Positions 45,637 to 56,250 of a DNA stretch of 64,000 nucleotides are shown piece by piece. The position numbers were made by a program, and so were the translations under genes. The notes under the pieces are model-generated. The model was not told where the DNA came from and did no database searches. It saw only the letters and a list, made by a program, of their open reading frames with translations. How positions within the stretch are numbered: position 1 is the stretch's first letter; every line of letters begins with the position of its first letter. The DNA lies in the IMG/VR virus record IMGVR_UViG_3300009034_000001, positions 124,001 through 188,000 of that record; one strand, written 5' to 3'.

Positions 45637-45714
45637 TGGTCTGGAAGGGAGGATTTGAACCTCCAACAACCTGGCTCCAAACCAGGGGCTCTATCCAGAC
45701 TGAGCTACTTCCAG
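45637..45714 (-). tRNA. tRNA-Pro(UGG), encoded CCA, A37/G38
   Basis: CTGGAAG...CCTGG-TTTGGAG-CCAGG...GGTTCAAATCC...CTTCCAGACCA; C1:G72 and A73. Confidence 0.93.
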
Positions 45715-46218
45715 ATTAAACATCTTCCCACCCACAAGGCCACCAATCATCCAAATCAAACCAACTGTTGACTGGGTTAAGTTCAATAATCTCAGCGCCA
45801 TCGTGTGGATAAGAATAAGCCTGCAACTGACAAACCCGATCGACATCACAAACCATAAGTGCTTCTTTATACTCAAATGTAATAAAACGTTTAGCTTTGT
45901 TGTAACCCGATATCCGACAAGCATCTTCAAATCTCATTGTAATTCACCTCAGAATGGATTACTCCTTCTACGAATTTTCCTTTTATTAACTTTACCCTTT
46001 CTTTTACCGGCTCGAGCCTCTCTTAAAGCTTTAAGGACAGCCTCTTCTGGATACAATCGGTCGTAGCCATAGTGATCAAGTGCATCATACCGGCCAGTAC
46101 TATAAAGTTCGTATTCCTGTAGTAAACAAACATCACACAAATCATACTCGTCTGGCATATAACTGCCACATTTACACAACTTTGTCCAACCCTTCATATT
46201 ACACCGCCTTAAGATTAA

Positions 46219-47208
46219 TTACCTAAAGAAACAAAACCGTTCTAATTCAAATTCACTTTCTGACATTAACTTGCGGTAAATTTGAGCAGCACAGAAAATG
46301 TCTTGAATAGCCAACCCGGTTGAATCAAATACTGTTATTGTATCTAATGAAGGAATAACCGACTTCCTACCGGTAACAATTTCGCCAATATCCGCGTATA
46401 TATATGTTATATCAATTAAGCCTTTTGCAAGAGGCACATTAATTTCTCCACTTATTGATGCCTGTTCCCGATCATCAACAACTACCGTAGCAACATCAAG
46501 AATTGAGATATCTAATTCACGTTTGCCGGGTGCATCCGCGCCAATTGCGTTAATATGCATTCCATTCCGCAACCACTCCAGTCTAACTATTGGAATTAAA
46601 GACGGCGTTGTTGTAATAACGACATCAGCCACACGTAAAGTGTCTTGAACTGTAGAAGAAAGTTCACCTTTTATACCAAATTTGAAATGTGCCCATTGTA
46701 AAAACGTCACAGTATTTTTCTCATTAATATCCCAAGCAGTAACTTTCTCAATTCCAGGTCTGACAACCAACAAAGCTTCTAGTTGCGTCCTTGCTTGGAC
46801 TCCCGCGCCAATAAAAGCGGCTACCTTTGAATCTTTGCGAGCAAGATACTTCACTGCAACACCACCCGCAGCTCCAGTTCGCATGTTTGTAATATGTGTT
46901 CCATCCATAATTGCGATTGGAAAGCCAGTCTCCGGATCAAATAATGTTATAGTTGCCATTACTGTAGGCAAACGTTCATTCCGAGGATGAACACTCACAT
47001 TCTTTACGCCTGCAAGGTTGACCGATGGAATATAAGCAGGCATACAACGTAAGTCGCCTTTTAAAAATTGTAAATAAACCTTGGGCGGAGCTTGCACTTG
47101 ACCCCGGCCAAATTGTTTAAATACGCTTTCCACGGCATCTATATATTCCGGCATACTAAAAGCCTTTTCAATTTGGGAACGCGTAATTATATAGGTTGTC
47201 TTGTTCAT
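46219..47208 (-). CDS. ornithine cyclodeaminase / mu-crystallin family (archaeal-type alanine dehydrogenase-like)
   Basis: PPKVYL..GDLRCMPAY, RTGAAG, GAGVQA, INAIGADAPGKRE, FDSTGLAIQD. Confidence 0.9.
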   Translation of the reverse strand: MNKTTYIITRSQIEKAFSMPEYIDAVESVFKQFGRGQVQAPPKVYLQFLKGDLRCMPAYIPSVNLAGVKNVSVHPRNERLPTVMATITLFDPETGFPIAIMDGTHITNMRTGAAGGVAVKYLARKDSKVAAFIGAGVQARTQLEALLVVRPGIEKVTAWDINEKNTVTFLQWAHFKFGIKGELSSTVQDTLRVADVVITTTPSLIPIVRLEWLRNGMHINAIGADAPGKRELDISILDVATVVVDDREQASISGEINVPLAKGLIDITYIYADIGEIVTGRKSVIPSLDTITVFDSTGLAIQDIFCAAQIYRKLMSESEFELERFCFFR

Positions 47209-49290
47209 TTACACCTTCAAAGTAGAAATTAGAAAACAGGCCGGAAGAACTTGCACGCGGCGTAACCAATCGCACACAACAAAAGCGCCATTACTATAAG
47301 ACACATACCAGCTATTAAGTAACAATCCTTTGAATCCAATATGTTCACCTCAAATCAACTTTCTCCTGAGTCTACACAACTGTTTCATTAATTGTTTAAA
47401 TTTAGGCCCGGCTGAAGCTCCATAACCACCCCGCCTTGACCCTAAACCTTTTAAAACGCCAATCTGTTTTAAATGTTCGCCCATGCGATGATTAGTAATT
47501 TGAACCTCATCACTTTCAACAGCCTCTAGTGTATCTATCAAATCCCAGAACTCAAACCTTTCGCCTTCAACCCAGACAAAATCAACTTGTCTGGTTACCG
47601 GTTCCCGCTTATGTCTAACGTCTAAAGGCTTATAACTCAAATCAAAACTAAGTTGTTTATCTCTCATAATTTTCACTTTTTGCACCATACATAGGATTTA
47701 TTATCCTCTAAGTCTAAACCAATTAAGGATAACCTGAGACACTTTTTACAATACTCTACAGCCATTTCTCTGCTACAGTCGGTACAGTCTACCCACCTAG
47801 ATCCTGTTTTGTTTACTTTTATAGCTCTCTTTGTGACAAATCCAAAAAATTCTACTGCGATATTTTTCATGTTTCACCAACTACCTCTTGGTGTTCAAAA
47901 ACTTTGGGTTAAAATTTGGCATGTGGATAATAGCGTGTAACCCACATACTGGACAAGACCAAATTTCGCGTACGCCCATATCATCAAACCACGTCATAGT
48001 ACTTCCACAGATGCACTTAAACCCAAAAATTCTATGCCAAACACGTTGCGCCCACGTTAAGTATACATATTTAGTTATTCCAACATCAGTTGGAGCCATA
48101 GTTACAACCTCGTCATTAAACTAATAGTCATTAACTCAAAAGCTCAAAGGCTTCACCCGACTTCTGCAAGATCCATTCACTTTCACTCTCGGTATCATAA
48201 ATCTCGATTTGTTGAGACTCAAAACCGAATAATTTTTCTAAGAAAGTCCTCTTGACTTCAATCATCTTTTTGAAAGTTGGTATTCGAAAGTAAATACCAC
48301 GCCTTCGATCGTTCGATTTAAAATAGATCTTTCTGTTTATACGATCAACTTTGTACTGTAAGTTTAACGAATTTGACAAAGTGTTTGAAATGAAAAGGTC
48401 CACAACGTTTCCTTATTTGTTAAATGTAACGTCTTGGTTTAAAGTCCATTGCTTATGCCAACATACTCACTTGCAGCTGTCTCCAAAATTGGCTCGATTT
48501 GACTCAAAAATGCTCCCATAAAGAAAATACCTGAAAATATTTTTAACAAAGCAACCCACATAAATGCCAACCCAAATAACCCCTCACATTTTCACATTAC
48601 AGACCAAACTTAAATAAGTCAGTTCCAAACGGTCCATATTGGATTATTAAATACATCTTTCCCTCACGATATTGTTTGGGCATCTTAGTAAGTCCGTTTC
48701 AGTAATGCCACTTATTACACCGGGCATGTAACCATGCCAACGAGTCTCAAATTTCTTTTCCCAAACATTCAAATAGCGCAACAGCTCTTCAGACTCAAAT
48801 TCACGCCACAAATGTGAATGCTTTTTAAGAAAGACCTCAGGCTCAACTGGCGACTTCTGAATGCAATATAATGGTTTAGCTGTACCATGAAATTCATTTG
48901 AATCCCAATGTAACTCTTCAAATAAATAATTGTGTCCAAACTTAACACGAGAAATAACAAAACTAGTGCGTTCTGAAATCCAAATACCGACTTTAGCTCT
49001 CCTAGCGACGATTCGGTACAAGTAGCCGTCCTTCAATTCACACATCTTCATGTAGTCATTCATATTAATCTCCCTTACTTTGGAGGTTGTTGTCCAACGC
49101 CTTCCAGTTCTTCCTTTCACCCAAACATACCCACGAAAAGTATCGTGCAACCTTTAAAGACCATTGATGTAACTTAAAAAAAGATCAGACAAACTTAAAA
49201 AGAAAATTACTAACTTTAACGCTCGCATATTTCAACCTCCGCACAATTAAGGCCCCCGTCTTGGTGTAGTATATAGTCTAGCGGGTTCTG

Positions 49291-49375
49291 GCGGACTTAC
49301 ACTGTTGGACTAGCTTTCGTTTCCTACTAGCTTATACGCCCTGTGGGGAGCTCTTATGTCTCCTGTGCAGTCCGC
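49291..49375 (-). ncRNA. candidate structured intergenic RNA
   Basis: GCGGACT/AGTCCGC closing stem with internal GGAG/CTCC hairpin in a GC-rich intergenic gap. Confidence 0.3.
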
Positions 49376-49380
49376 GACAA

Positions 49381-50265
49381 TTAATGAACTATATCAATTT
49401 CGTCATGATCAAGTACAAGTCTCGGTTCGTTAATATACTTATGCAGCACATTCCTACTGTCAAGACTTCTACTTAACGGCCTTCCAGAATGTGATAGAAC
49501 TTCGGTAAATGCATTAAAGACATCCCACTTAGTTGGATCTGGTTCCAACTTCCCAAGAATTTGTGTTCTGCCTTTCTGAGAAATTCCAAGCCGATTTACA
49601 ATATATTCAACGAGAGGTTGAGCTGTTAGTTCTGGTAAAGTAAACTGAGACCAATTTTTATAAAGTGCTACAAGGTCGTCAAGATTTTTCACGCCATCTT
49701 CAATTCTCTTCTGTAACACTTCACCACCAAGAAGATTGTGTTCCATGATCAACGGAAGAACGAAATCCTTCCTCTGGCCTATCATCCCATTTTCGCACAA
49801 TAGTCGCCACAAGCCAAAGAAAATTGCAGTTTTAAAGTGTTGTGTGTAATCATTTACAACAGTCATAGTTGTTTGTACCACATCGCCAACAACAACCTCA
49901 TGTTCAGCCTTATAGAACTTAAACAAAATGCACATCCTGCCGGCATTCTTTGAAAGTTCCCAGGACGGTTCAAAATCTCTTCCTGTGGCCACAAGACCAT
50001 TCAGTGCGGTATCGAGTACTTGAGCATGTGGAAAAACTGCTTTTTTCTTACTAATTGTGCCTAAGATTATCTTCCCATCCTTAACATCTCGCAAGATTGT
50101 ATCATACTTCGATCTCTTATGGGAATCCTCAGAAATTAATGGCTCACGATAAATCGGAAAGTCAATAACTTTCCGTAAAGGCTCAAATATTTCCATAACG
50201 TTATCCTCCATTTTAATTACGTGCCCGGCGTAAAAGTCGTGGAAACCGCAGAAGCTCATGAGCAT
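49381..50265 (-). CDS. DUF932-like phage/plasmid protein
   Basis: RLLCENGM, TKWDVFNAFTE; true start may be downstream (MEDNV). Confidence 0.65.
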   Translation of the reverse strand: MLMSFCGFHDFYAGHVIKMEDNVMEIFEPLRKVIDFPIYREPLISEDSHKRSKYDTILRDVKDGKIILGTISKKKAVFPHAQVLDTALNGLVATGRDFEPSWELSKNAGRMCILFKFYKAEHEVVVGDVVQTTMTVVNDYTQHFKTAIFFGLWRLLCENGMIGQRKDFVLPLIMEHNLLGGEVLQKRIEDGVKNLDDLVALYKNWSQFTLPELTAQPLVEYIVNRLGISQKGRTQILGKLEPDPTKWDVFNAFTEVLSHSGRPLSRSLDSRNVLHKYINEPRLVLDHDEIDIVH

Positions 50266-50624
50266 TGTGATTACAAATTGTGTTTAAAAACAAATCAATA
50301 CCTTTCGATGTTGAACTAACAGATACCCTTATGGAGAGTCCACACATACATAGTAAAACTTTTGTACCTCCTAGTAATCTCCTTCTTGTTTCTCTAGTTA
50401 ATTTCATCTGCCACAACCTCACGAATTTTATACGTAACAGCTTGGAATTGCAACTTAGATTTCTTCTCAATCGAGCAAGACACCCTCGGGGGGCCGGAAC
50501 AAAACTTGTGGGCCTTGACTTTGTAAACACGATTTTGTTTACATCTCAAAATCACACGACTGTTACTACGTTTTATTTTGAAATGACAAATTGGACAAAT
50601 CATACAAACCTCACGTTATCTAAT

Positions 50625-50749
50625 GCAGCCCTTACCCAAACCCAGATTATGCACAACGGAAAGCGCACTGGACGGTACCTGACCAACCATACAAGAGCGG
50701 GCACTACTTTCTTATATGGCCCGTTGTTCTACCGGACGGTAAGGACTGC
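50625..50749 (-). ncRNA. candidate structured ncRNA (~125 nt)
   Basis: Three nested stems of 12, 7 and 11 bp; mismatches become G-U pairs on the minus strand. Confidence 0.55.
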
Positions 50750-51038
50750 TTGACTTATATCAACCAAATTGTCTTGTCCAAATAATCTAAGCCAAACTCT
50801 CCAAGCGTCGAATGAGCAACTTCAACGGATTCGCAACCAAGTAGCCTATCAACTAAATGGACAACTTCAGTATGTTGAAGACGACCAATTACTTCAATCC
50901 AATTTAAGTTGTTCATTGTAAGTACGCCAGCTTTTTGTGCCTCCATTGTTAACCTCGATCGAACGTTACTCTTCAGGAAGGTCCAGTTCCGACATCATCT
51001 TATCGAGCTCGTCTATAACCTTGTCTCCATCTTCAGTC

Positions 51039-51122
51039 GTTTCAACTGGTGTTTCAACAGGTGTTTCATCAAGCGTTTCAACAGGTGTTTCATCAAGCGT
51101 TTCAACAGGTGCTTCAACCGGT
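51039..51122. repeat. 12-bp tandem repeat x7 within CDS 50966-51508 (PVET/LDET)
   Basis: gtttcaacaggt / gtttcatcaagc units. Confidence 0.9.
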
Positions 51123-52186
51123 TTAGTAACTTCAACATTGGACTCCTTTGGCTTGTCTACTTCGATCTGACCTAATCCAAGATACGCACGCACTGGCTTG
51201 CCACCTTTGAAAACAACACCCCCCAACTTTTTCCACTCGTTCCGTATGGTAAGAACAGTCTGATTTTCTTCCTTCTTTGTTCTCGCCGGATCATTCTCAA
51301 ACACCTTACCGGTCTCTTTATTAACTTCCTGACAAATCTCCCTCACTTCAAGACAATCGTCACCACCCATTTGGGTCTTCAACTCGGTAAGCTTTGTTCG
51401 AACATAAGCAGCAAAGGAAGGCACTTCCCTTCCTTTTATACCTTTGGGAGAAGAAACTGCTTGTGTTGAAACAAACTTTGAATCACTCTTTACATCACCC
51501 TTTGTCATCTAAATTCACCTCCTTTTCTGTTGTACTTATATGTTTATCAACTTTTTCTTCGGGTAAATATGCTGAACTTCCAAAATAGCAATCGTCCGGC
51601 GGTATGCCATGAAATCGTTCAAAATATTCTTGAATATTACGAACGTCCCGTTCGCGTAAATATACTCTCCACGGATATGCCCAACTGTATGACAGAAAGT
51701 TCCGGATAATCTGCTTACGATTATAGGTTTCTAACGTAGCTTCTCGTCTATTACTTGGACGCATACGTTTACATTTAGGTCGGTCTACCTCACAAAAGAA
51801 ACATTTGTTTAATCTAAAACGGCCAAACACTTGTACAAAGGCTTCAGAACTAAAATGTAAACAAAGTCCGGATAATTCATTTTCCCGTGTAAACATATTA
51901 AATATTTCAATGTTTGTTTCCTTAACCTTGCGTCTCTTTCTATGTTTAAAGCCCATTAGTACCTCGTACGCTTGTAGTTGTACAACAGTAGTACCGTGTT
52001 AATAATTTGGCAACCAATTTCCGAATTATGCGACACTCCTGTTCAAGTTCGGCTAATCCTGAGGTAACATTTGGTGGTCTGAGTTGACTTTTCGACTTTT
52101 TTGAGGTGGCCTTTTCCTTTTCTAACTTCTTTAATTTCGATTCAGCTAAAATGTCAACAATTTTCTTAATGTTCAAAGTGCCCTCA

Positions 52187-52210
52187 ATGACATAAAAAAT
52201 TTTATGTCAT
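52187..52210. promoter_or_regulatory. palindromic operator candidate
   Basis: ATGACATAAAA-AA-TTTTATGTCAT over the predicted +1. Confidence 0.6.
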
Positions 52211-52215
52211 GCTTA

Positions 52216-52244
52216 ATAATATTAACTATTTTACGCGACGTCAA
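52216..52244 (-). promoter_or_regulatory. sigma70-type promoter
   Basis: TTGACG-17 nt-TATTAT in an intergenic gap. Confidence 0.7.
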
Positions 52245-52317
52245 GGGGTATACGTAAATATTTTTGATCCCACAAACAGGATAACCGTATACATCACGTA
52301 CCTTCTACATAACAAAC

Positions 52318-52722
52318 TTATTTGATTCCCAAGTACCTTAATACGTCATCAAATGTATCAACTCTAATTACTAACGGATGCCAATAGAAGATGTTGAAAG
52401 AGTGATCTCCAACCACAAAAATACGCTCGGGCCCCCGATCACTTACCAAACGAACGCCAAGTGCTGTTCCAAGTTCGGTAAACCTCCCACCCGTGCTCTC
52501 TTGTTCATCGGAAAGAAGGACGTATACATCACTAAGTATTACAGCATTAAGTTCATCATTAGCCCACTGCCTAGACAACTCTATGTTATCGCCAGCTTGA
52601 CCCCCCAAAAATTCATGATCTGTCCAATCATAAGTAACGTCATGACCAAGTTCCTTAAGTTGGTTGATAATCTTTTTCACTTCATGTCTGAAGTGAAATC
52701 TAGCGGCTATATAAAACTTCAA
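52318..52722 (-). CDS. nucleoside 2-deoxyribosyltransferase / nucleotide N-glycosidase-like protein
   Basis: FYIAARF, DELNAV..SD, GGRFTELG.ALG. Confidence 0.7.
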   Translation of the reverse strand: MKFYIAARFHFRHEVKKIINQLKELGHDVTYDWTDHEFLGGQAGDNIELSRQWANDELNAVILSDVYVLLSDEQESTGGRFTELGTALGVRLVSDRGPERIFVVGDHSFNIFYWHPLVIRVDTFDDVLRYLGIK

Positions 52723-52738
52723 TATATCACCTCCATAA

Positions 52739-54022
52739 CTACCTATTGCAACAGCCGTATTCTCCTAACTCAAAGAAGTACTTTGCGTATGTAAAAATTG
52801 CGGAATTCCTGGCTATCCTTGTTTGTTTATGAGGTTGACTTAATACAAACTCATAAACTGACCGAATTCCACGAATTAACTGTAAAGGCATCAAATTATG
52901 AAATCTAAATGTTTGACACATACCATTAAATCTATCCCAATCAACGTCCAGTAATCGACCTTGTGTCTTTAGTCTGTTAAACAAGGCCGAACCCGGAATC
53001 GGTGTTAGGATCCAACAGTAAACGTTGTAGACTTCATTGTCAGCCAGAAATTTGATTGTATCCTTAAACGTCACGGGTGTATCTTGGTCAAACCCAAATA
53101 TTAAACTTAATGCAGGCTCAACCCGATTACGTTTCATTAACGTTATCAAATCTGCATATTTGGAAGGTGTATTTTGTCTCTTTCCAGAGTCCGCTAAAGC
53201 AGCTTCGGACAACGTTTCAAATCCAATAAGTAAGTTTACACATCCACTTTCACCCGCCAACCTAACTAAATCAGGATAATCCAAAATATGAGTTGCGGCC
53301 TGACTAAACCACTTAATCCCTAACTTCTTTACCTCTGTAAATAATTCGCGAGCATAATCCGGAGTGCCGAATATGTTATCATCCACAAAAGCGTAGAACT
53401 TAGCGGGGTTACGACTTATTTCCTCAATAACATTCCTAACTGGCCGAACTCTGCGAGTGCATCCAAAGAATTTTGTAACTGCACAAAAATCACAATTAAA
53501 CGGGCAACCACGCGCAGTTTCAATGGGATAACATATCTTCAATAACCGTTGTACTCGGTTGTCAAAGGAACTGAAATCTGATGGCGGAGTAATAGACAAA
53601 TCACAAAACCTACTATGTCTGTACTTTTGGTTTAAATTAAAACTACTAAAGTCGTTTATTATTCGAGGTAATAGTATTTCAGCTTCGCCACATGCAACTG
53701 AGTCGACAAACTTTGAGGCTTCATCAGAAAACATACTTGCATGCGGCCCACCATAGATAACAGTAGCCCCTTTTTCTTTAAAATAGCTTGAAAGTTCATA
53801 TACTCGAGTACTTTGGCAGGTCAAAGAAGTAAATATTACCAAGCGGTATTTTTTGTTAAAGTTGATATCTGAAAAACTTTCATCAACCGTGTCTACATTC
53901 CAGTCGTTAGGTAAAAGTGCTTTCAATAAGCCAAGTGTCGTTGACAAAAGATAACTCCTTCTGGGTTTGATTATACGTTTACGATTGTCATATATGCCAG
54001 GTCGAACGCACAAAACCTTCAA
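52739..54022 (-). CDS. B12-binding radical SAM protein
   Basis: GGPHAS, GEAE, ETARGCPFNCDFC, FVDDNI, IGFET, TPIPGS. Confidence 0.9.
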   Translation of the reverse strand: MKVLCVRPGIYDNRKRIIKPRRSYLLSTTLGLLKALLPNDWNVDTVDESFSDINFNKKYRLVIFTSLTCQSTRVYELSSYFKEKGATVIYGGPHASMFSDEASKFVDSVACGEAEILLPRIINDFSSFNLNQKYRHSRFCDLSITPPSDFSSFDNRVQRLLKICYPIETARGCPFNCDFCAVTKFFGCTRRVRPVRNVIEEISRNPAKFYAFVDDNIFGTPDYARELFTEVKKLGIKWFSQAATHILDYPDLVRLAGESGCVNLLIGFETLSEAALADSGKRQNTPSKYADLITLMKRNRVEPALSLIFGFDQDTPVTFKDTIKFLADNEVYNVYCWILTPIPGSALFNRLKTQGRLLDVDWDRFNGMCQTFRFHNLMPLQLIRGIRSVYEFVLSQPHKQTRIARNSAIFTYAKYFFELGEYGCCNR

Positions 54023-55854
54023 TACAATACCTCCAAGGTTGTAATTTTTACTCTTCTTCTGTTACGACGGTAACAGTTATATTATTGCCCAATTCCGTAT
54101 CTTTCGGAACTGCAAGACGAGTGTGTTTACACAAATTGTTTTTCTTATCGCCATTAATACTTACAGCGACAAAATTCTTTCTCTTCTTGGTTGTTTTTGA
54201 ATATTTCATTTTTATTACCGTTTGAGCTCCCATGATCAAACCCTCCTTATTTGAAAAAACTAATCTTCCTCTTCAGGTATCCATAACTTCCGCGTAAATG
54301 TAATATTCTGATTACATTTACTAATCCGGTTATTTACCAAACGGTCCATGTTGTTAATTGCCTGAGCAATTTTACTTTTAATCACCTCTACATCTTTAAG
54401 TTCCTTTGGTGAAATTTCTACCTCAAACTTTCGAGACCTTGGCAACTCACCTACCAAGGTAATTCCTAAAATAGCATCACTGTATCTAGGCCGAGGGTAA
54501 GTTACCTCAATAGTATAACTCTTCCAATAGTCAAAAAGTTCGGGCAACTTTTTGTCAGATTCAAATTTATAAATGACTTGTGGACACCATATTCGTGCGC
54601 CCGGCATAATGCCATCAACAGCTTCCTCCAAATACTTCAACACAACCTGTAACTTGCTTTCACAAAACGCAGTCCTGTTCTTACTTACCTTTTCCCTTAG
54701 AGCCTCTGCGGCCTCTTGAAGTTCATATTCCTTGATGGAATTAGCCTTTGAGGCTGACAAAAGTGAGGAGAACGACTGTGTTGAAAACTCGGAAAACTCA
54801 TAACAAAGAAATCGCCTTTCTATTTCCCTCCGTGCGTCATATCCCACATCAGTATACTTTGGACCAAGCGCTTCGGAAATAACTCGTTGAATACAATCTT
54901 GCCAGATTAGAAATTTGCCATTGTTTAAACGTTCAACCAACAATCTAACCCAGCACGTCTTCGACTTAGATTGTGTATAGTAAGACAATCTACCATCAAC
55001 GCGAAGATATTCATCAACTGAACGATCGTGTCGTATCTGTAACCAGACTTCTAAATTTGGATAACCTTGAAGAACTTCTGACAGCCCTTGAATCAAGTCC
55101 ATCACATTCCTCCTTATACTTTATAAGTAGTTTGATTGAAAACATCTTTTATTTTTTTGAAATCACCTGGCCGGTCATCTAAATAGAAACTATTGTAAAC
55201 CGTAAGTTCAATTTGTTTACCCAACTTGATTGGTTCACATTTGCCAAAAATTCTAATCATCCTCCGAATTCGATTTACAAGCGGCTTATGTTTCTGCGAC
55301 CATGCAACTTCGACCATATCTCTAGTTTGCCAAGGTGCAACTTCCAACTTGCCATATCCCAACGCACGATTCAACACTAAAGCAAAGGTTGTAACTCCAA
55401 ACTTAAAGGAGTCTGGCAACCCTTTCCTCTTCCTCGTGCCGTCAATAATTTCAATCTTTCCGCCTTTTAACAGATGAATTACTGAACGATAAGACAACGA
55501 GTCTATCCTGAAGTAACCTTTCTTCTTCGAGTGTCCAAATTGTGATTGAAACATAGACACATCATCATAAGGCTCGAAGTATAAACCGTTTGTGCCGTTT
55601 GCAACGAGTAACGTGTCCACAATGTTAACCTCCTTATACTTACAAAGAAGTGTCGCCCCAATCAAAACAAGTAAAGGATGGAATATAACAGTTTCTACCA
55701 TAAATCAAAAAATCTTTTGCTTCCTTGAGATTATCAAAGATCATCGCAAATACATAATTCTTTGGACCAACGTTTGGATTCGTATTTCGATATACAATCC
55801 AAAAATCGCCTTCTTGGACCAATGTTGCGTATTTTATTTCGCGCATGACAACTA

Positions 55855-56250
55855 TCACCTCATGTCATATTCCTTTGCTAAATACGACTCCATATTTTCA
55901 ACAGCGCGGCACACATCTTCCGCGGTATGAGTCCATGCCGGATTAACAGCCCGATCATCCAGATAGATATGGCACATAATTTTTGAACTAGAAGTATCCT
56001 CCTGAGGTTGATATGGATTACAGTTGAAATGATCAATTGGAATTTTATTCGCTTTAATCCAAAGCTTTAATTTTGGAGTAATTATCCGAGTTGTGTCTAA
56101 CACAATAATCCACCCTTTGGATTTCAACATCTTCAAGGCTTTAACTACCTTTTCTATTGGTTTCCCAATCTTACCAGCACTTCGGTAACCTCGTTTGTAC
56201 TCTGCCAGAGTACCATCCAAATCAACTCAACAATACTTCACGTTATACAT
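55855..56250 (-). CDS. HAD-superfamily phosphatase with in-frame UGA at codon 8 (candidate selenoprotein, otherwise pseudogene)
   Basis: GGAGG RBS, then MYNVKYC*VDLDGT..., TTR, K, YLDDRA. Confidence 0.7.
56197..56213 (-). promoter_or_regulatory. bacterial SECIS-like hairpin
   Basis: GTACTCT-GGC-AGAGTAC starting 13 nt after the UGA; loop begins with G. Confidence 0.55.

Noticed and set aside
49260-49380. Hammerhead ribozyme or c-di-GMP riboswitch
   Set aside because: No CUGANGA core and no convincing GEMM consensus; kept only as an unassigned structured element.
50660-50700. SRP (4.5S) RNA suggested by GGTCAGGT
   Set aside because: Lacks the following GNRA-loop and AGCAG helix-8 signature.
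51039-51122. Possible CRISPR array
   Set aside because: 12-bp in-frame coding repeats without spacers; no cas genes.
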